From an uncultured virus (IMG/VR IMGVR_UViG_3300020447_000004) (taxonomy: Duplodnaviria > Heunggongvirae > Uroviricota > Caudoviricetes), in the IMG/VR virus record IMGVR_UViG_3300020447_000004: a DNA stretch of 64,000 nucleotides, one strand, 5' to 3'. Below, piece after piece: positions 59,404 to 64,000 of this stretch. The translations under genes and the position numbers were made by a program. Each line of letters begins with the position of its first letter. Position 1 is the stretch's first letter. The notes beneath the pieces were generated by a model. The model had not been told where the DNA came from. It was given only the letters and a program-made list of their open reading frames with translations, and ran no database searches.

Positions 59404-59856
59404 ATGATCCCCACGCATCGATCTGAAAAAGGTGGAACCGTGACACGAAGTGTGCACGGGGGCACCACCAAGGTGGAATACCGCAACGCAGCGGGCAAGC
59501 TCCACCGAAGCAACGGGCCTGCGGTCATCTGGTATGATGCAGAAGGGTGTGAGGTCTATGCGCAGTACCGAGACGAGGGGGTCATCCATCGTGACGACGG
59601 TCCTGCCATCGTACGCACGACTCACCGTGGTGAGTCGATGGAGTCCTACTACCGGTATGGTGCATGTCATCGTGACGGAGGCCCCGCCTACATCGCGTAT
59701 CGACCCGATGGTACCGTACGGACACGCATGTACTACCGAAACGGCTTCTTCCACCGCGATGATGGTCCTGCTAAGGAGTTTCACTGTGGAGACCCGAACC
59801 GCTACGCGTGCCAGTACTATCAGTACGGGGTCCGTCAGCGCCGGGGAGGCCGGTAG
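59404..59856 (+). CDS. HRxDGPA-repeat protein
   Basis: Four repeats. Confidence 0.8.
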   Translation: MIPTHRSEKGGTVTRSVHGGTTKVEYRNAAGKLHRSNGPAVIWYDAEGCEVYAQYRDEGVIHRDDGPAIVRTTHRGESMESYYRYGACHRDGGPAYIAYRPDGTVRTRMYYRNGFFHRDDGPAKEFHCGDPNRYACQYYQYGVRQRRGGR

Positions 59857-59921
59857 TGACACCCGCGGGATGTCGAAAGGTCTTGTATTGGATGGAAGGT
59901 GGTGAATCTACTACCAAACTC

Positions 59922-60542
59922 TCAGGTATGGATAGACCACAATCTCCGGAGAGATTCCCCCACCATGACGTCTAAGCTCTCATAGTCCGTGATGATGTCT
60001 TCCAGCTCAATGCCCTGACTGCTTTCTGCAATCTGCACACGAAACTCTTTTCGGTACGGATTAATCGTGACCTCTAACCCTGACTCCCCTTTGGAAGCCT
60101 CAATCATCGCGATAGTAGCCTTTATCCAAGGTCGACCTACCCGAGCACCTGACAGCGACTGCATCATCTCAAAAACGCGCTGAGCTACATCCTTGAGACC
60201 CATCGCACGACCACCCTTCGGGGCTCTCTTGGACTGCCGCTCCGCCGACTTCAGGATGGCAGCAAAGACAGCATCGTATCCCGACAGGTCACCTTGGAGG
60301 GCTGACGTCCCCAATCCCTTGATGATACGGTTATAGGTTCGGGCAAACCCCTTGGGTAAATACCCCTCCCGAATCCCACCCTCTACATAGATGCCCAATT
60401 TATTCAACCAAAGGTCTGAGTCCCGAGAGTCGGTCTGGACCTTACGCTGAATTTGCTTGACCTCTCGGATATAGCGGGAAAAGTCCAGCTGAGCCACTCG
60501 AATCTGACTCGCAATACGATTTAGTCTGTCGGCCAACACCAT
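59922..60542 (-). CDS. protein with N-terminal LNRIAS motif
   Basis: GGAGG RBS; MVLADRLNRIASQIRVA...; lone minus-strand gene in a plus-strand block. Confidence 0.75.
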   Translation of the reverse strand: MVLADRLNRIASQIRVAQLDFSRYIREVKQIQRKVQTDSRDSDLWLNKLGIYVEGGIREGYLPKGFARTYNRIIKGLGTSALQGDLSGYDAVFAAILKSAERQSKRAPKGGRAMGLKDVAQRVFEMMQSLSGARVGRPWIKATIAMIEASKGESGLEVTINPYRKEFRVQIAESSQGIELEDIITDYESLDVMVGESLRRLWSIHT

Positions 60543-60639
60543 ACGTCCTCCATAGATGGATATCTGCTTACTCTGCCTAACAAAAAAAAAAATGGCAAAA
60601 CATTTCCCACCGAGATAGGAACCTCTATAGGGAGCCGAA

Positions 60640-60999
60640 ATGCAAGAGATATCGCTCGCACATGTCCAGTACTACATCTCGTACTACATCTCGTACAACT
60701 ACGCGAACATCGCCGTGACTGAACGCTACCCTGCTTACGCGGCAAAGAGAGACGAGCCCTCCTATCGCCATTATGTAGACGGTGAAGCATCCATGCTACA
60801 GTGGCGAGACCTCTCCGGCAAGACCCATCGAGAAAACGGACCCGCTGAGGTAGAGTATATCAGAGGAGGTGAGGTCTATGGCATCTCCTACTACCGACAC
60901 GGTCAGCTCCACCGAGACAGGGGCTACGCTGTCATCACCTTCAAAGCCCCCTACCAATGTCGACATATCTACCGCAACGGAGAGCCTCTAAAATGGTGA
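60640..60999 (+). CDS. HRxDGPA-repeat protein
   Basis: HRENGPA, HRDRGYA; contains 12-nt tandem GTACTACATCTC x2. Confidence 0.7.
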   Translation: MQEISLAHVQYYISYYISYNYANIAVTERYPAYAAKRDEPSYRHYVDGEASMLQWRDLSGKTHRENGPAEVEYIRGGEVYGISYYRHGQLHRDRGYAVITFKAPYQCRHIYRNGEPLKW

Positions 61000-61606
61000 C
61001 CTCGTGAAACATGACTACACCCTCAGGCTGAGGACGAACCTCCGATGGGCCCAGATACAGGTCTATCGTGAGGAGTGTCTACACCATGAAGACGGACCCG
61101 CCGAGGTGGCCCTGCTCCATGACGGTACTCCGTCTTACTTGGGGTACCGTCATGGAGAATATGTGTACATGTCCGAGACAGACGGCGCATATTCTCCATG
61201 CATAGATGTGACGTTTTAGGTCGATTAGACTGGCCCACATCAGCCTAAGATGTTAGAAACTCGCTACACCATAGGAGCACTATGCCACTATCCTGGACCC
61301 CCACAGAAGTTGAGCACCCGACCAAAGGAGTCATCATGGCCCGTCACACACTACACCCGTCTATGGGAGATGTCTACGTCTATCCCATAGACTGGCGTAT
61401 GGGTATGTGGTGCGCATATGTCCCGCAAGGTGGGAAACACAAAACAGGAGTACAACACTTCCTGGGAGTGTTTGGAGCAGATGGATACGCGCTCAGTGCT
61501 CCCGAGATCACACCGGCTCTGTGGGAAGACGCACAGACTAAGGCCGAAATGCGGTTAGAGTCCGCACTCTCTTAGAGTACACCAAGGAGTGGGTGACACA
61601 ACACCC

Positions 61607-62008
61607 CTACACCACAGCGTCAATCACCAACTCAGTAATGCGCTTTGCAATCTTAGCCGCCCCTAAACGAGATGGGTCCAACCGCTCCTTTACCCGTGAA
61701 CCGGAGACGATACCAAAAATGTCCAGCTGAGTCCGATGCGCCCCCCCAAACTCTACCATGAGGTCTACATCCGTACCACTCAACTGTAAGCCTGAGATGG
61801 TAGTATCAACGTATAAAGCTCCCGACGAAAGTGGGTCACCTTTCCCACCATGCCTCTGGTACATCGACTCTACATAGTGCTCAATGAACGGAACCAACCG
61901 CTCCATATAGGCCGTCTGAGCCTTATCCAACTCGCGAGTCCACTCAGTAGCCCCCGCGACCTTCGATAGGTCTGCCGCAATCTTCTGTAGCTGTAGAGAA
62001 ATGTCCAT
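61607..62008 (-). CDS. protein with N-terminal LQKIAA motif
   Basis: ATG 62008 with AGGAG RBS; MDISLQLQKIAADLSKVA... Confidence 0.75.
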   Translation of the reverse strand: MDISLQLQKIAADLSKVAGATEWTRELDKAQTAYMERLVPFIEHYVESMYQRHGGKGDPLSSGALYVDTTISGLQLSGTDVDLMVEFGGAHRTQLDIFGIVSGSRVKERLDPSRLGAAKIAKRITELVIDAVV

Positions 62009-62569
62009 GGAAACTCCTAATACTATCTGTGTAGACTGTCTAACAAAAAAAAATGGACACCGCACGAACACCATGATAGAGGGCCTCTCGCACATCGACA
62101 TAGGTATCTCCACAGCATCGCGCAGAAATGGTGACCCCATGAAACACGTCTACACACTACAGGTCCTCTCTAACAAAAAGACAGGGCTCTCCCTCATCAG
62201 GTACTACCAAAATGGCCAAGTCCACCATGATGATACCTCACCTGCCATGCTCACATGGCACCCCAGGTGGGGGTACACTCATGCGGAATACTTCAAGGAC
62301 GGGCAAATCATCCGATCCGTCCACAATATAGAATACCGTACCCACCTCATGGACACAATTCATAGAGCCCTCATAGGTTCACCATGAAACATATCTACAC
62401 ACTCCGGACCGAGCACACATGCACGCAAGGTACCTACGCAGAGGTACTTTATGGTGGACGCCTCCTGAGAGACGGGACTCCCGCCATACTGAGATACTAT
62501 CGTGGGCAGTGTGTGCACTACATCACATGGAATGCTGACACAGGACAGTGGGCCAGTCACACCCTCAAT

Positions 62570-62623
62570 AACCTCCTGTACTGTCAAATGATCGCAAACC
62601 TCCTGTACTGTCAAATGATCGCA
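62570..62623 (+). repeat. 27-nt perfect tandem duplication in ORF 62384-62749
   Basis: AACCTCCTGTACTGTCAAATGATCGCA x2 (NLLYCQMIA x2). Confidence 0.9.
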
Positions 62624-63007
62624 GAAGAATTCCAGCGACGTGACCCGTACTACCGCCAACTCCGAGAATCTACAGTGTCTATCGCACGAAGAATGTTCCA
62701 GGTGACTCCACTCCCATGCCTCTCTGACCCTGTATACATGGAAGAGTGACTCAATGAAGACACTCTCCACGCGCAAAATCAGGTCCCGAGAGAATGGGTC
62801 TGTCCATCGTGAGGTCTACCTCCACCACGGACAGGTCCACCATGACACATACCCCGCCCGCATCGGATACACAGACCAACACATCTTCGGATATACATAT
62901 TTCCAGCACGATCAGAAAGGTCCCAGCTGCTACAACAACCCCCTGAAGTAGCTCCCCCCTCGATACCGTGTTAGGGATATGGGTATGTGATAGATCCTGG
63001 AGGCGAT

Positions 63008-63304
63008 ATGAAGTGTGTGTACCTCAAACGAGTGGTGTATCAGTGGACCCTTAAAGCCACCATCCGAAGGGACGGACCCAACCAATATACGACCACAAAA
63101 AATGCTCGATACTGGTCTGTGATGTATACTGTGTACTACCAAAACGGACAGTACCACAGGGCCGAAGGCCCTGCTGTCATCGAATATCGAACCGACGGGT
63201 CTGTCTCCTGTGAAATCTACTACCAAAACGGAGAGTTGCACAGGGCCGGAGGCCCGGCTTTCATCGAATATCGAGCAGACGGGTCTGTCTACAGGGAGGG
63301 CTAG
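63008..63304 (+). CDS. HRxDGPA-repeat protein, ending at a TAG within a repeat
   Basis: HRAEGPA, HRAGGPA; the frame continues TAG-TAC-CAA-AAC-GGA. Confidence 0.7.
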   Translation: MKCVYLKRVVYQWTLKATIRRDGPNQYTTTKNARYWSVMYTVYYQNGQYHRAEGPAVIEYRTDGSVSCEIYYQNGELHRAGGPAFIEYRADGSVYREG

Positions 63305-64000
63305 TACCAAAACGGAAAGCCCCAATCACCATGAAACTACAATACCTCGCAGAGTGGGAATACGATTTCAGACTCCTCCACGTCACCTATGACGCCCATC
63401 CCCTCATCGGAGAAGGCCTCGATCAACTGTGGCAAGCCCGCATCTCTGGGCACCCTATCTACGAAATATATATCTACCAACCAAACATCACACTCTGGGA
63501 ACAAGTCTACGCCACACAACGCGACCCCACATCCCCGCTACAGTCCCTCCGTATCTTCTACACCGAGAGCGGCGGATGCTCCTGGAACCTCTGTGGGACC
63601 TGGAGATGACCCGTGTCTACTCCCTCGAAGTCTGCTATGACCTCCTACTCGTCTTCTATACCACCCACCCACTACCAAAACCCTTCTATCGTAGCGACAC
63701 CCAACCCTACACAAACTACTCCCTGTGGGTCGACTGTCAACCTGACCCCGAATACCCCCTACCCACACGACTGACACAGACATGAACCTTACACACTGTA
63801 CCAAACATTTCTACGGAAACGACACCCTCTATGTGGACCAACCCCTCACACCACCACAGTACATCTCCCCAGACCTGTTGAAAGTTCTGTGGGCAGCGAC
63901 CTCGCTGAGCCCAGACACCATCAAAACCCGAATGGATAACCCCCACCCAACAATACATCGCACAACACCCCACATGTGTACGTATCTACTACCATGACCG

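Noticed and set aside
63302..63304. Genome-wide TAG recoding
   Set aside because: Conserved genes are uninterrupted in the standard code, hsp20 and clpX end naturally at TAG, and no CUA-anticodon tRNA was found. A single nonsense change is more likely.
56436..63344. Diversity-generating retroelement acting on the repeat proteins
   Set aside because: No reverse transcriptase and no near-identical TR/VR pair differing only at adenines was seen in this window.

Overview
This window looks like part of a large (jumbo-like) bacteriophage genome. It is densely packed with short genes, runs mostly on the minus strand to about 25.3 kb and on the plus strand after that, and has no host housekeeping operons. 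It carries a dispersed tRNA array (13 tRNAs plus several aberrant tRNA-like RNAs), a tmRNA, and translation/RNA-repair and stress genes: TilS beside its tRNA-Ile2 substrate, a Thg1-like protein, an Rnl1-type RNA ligase, ClpX, Hsp20 and an HD/Mesh1-like hydrolase. It also has NAD/ADP-ribose enzymes (NUDIX, PncC-like, macrodomain, ART-like), ThyX, four DNA methyltransferases, an RHH-TnpB element with a second orphan omega-RNA-like copy, and a captured host R-M fragment ending in an IS1380 remnant. At least 12 paralogous HRxDGPA-repeat proteins are present. The strongest unexplained structure is a bipartite motif, TCTGACTTT...CGTC, seen 28 times; 27 copies have exactly 16 nt between TCTGAC and CGTC, and nearly all sit just upstream of a GGAG RBS. 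This is the geometry of an ECF-sigma promoter. The window also encodes a divergent ECF-sigma-like protein (19284-20177). That protein shares an N-terminal (R/K)IAA motif and an upstream TTTTGT(T)A motif with several small proteins. My inference, not proven, is a late-made, virion-packaged sigma factor that switches on a phage early regulon. All calls were made by eye without database searches.
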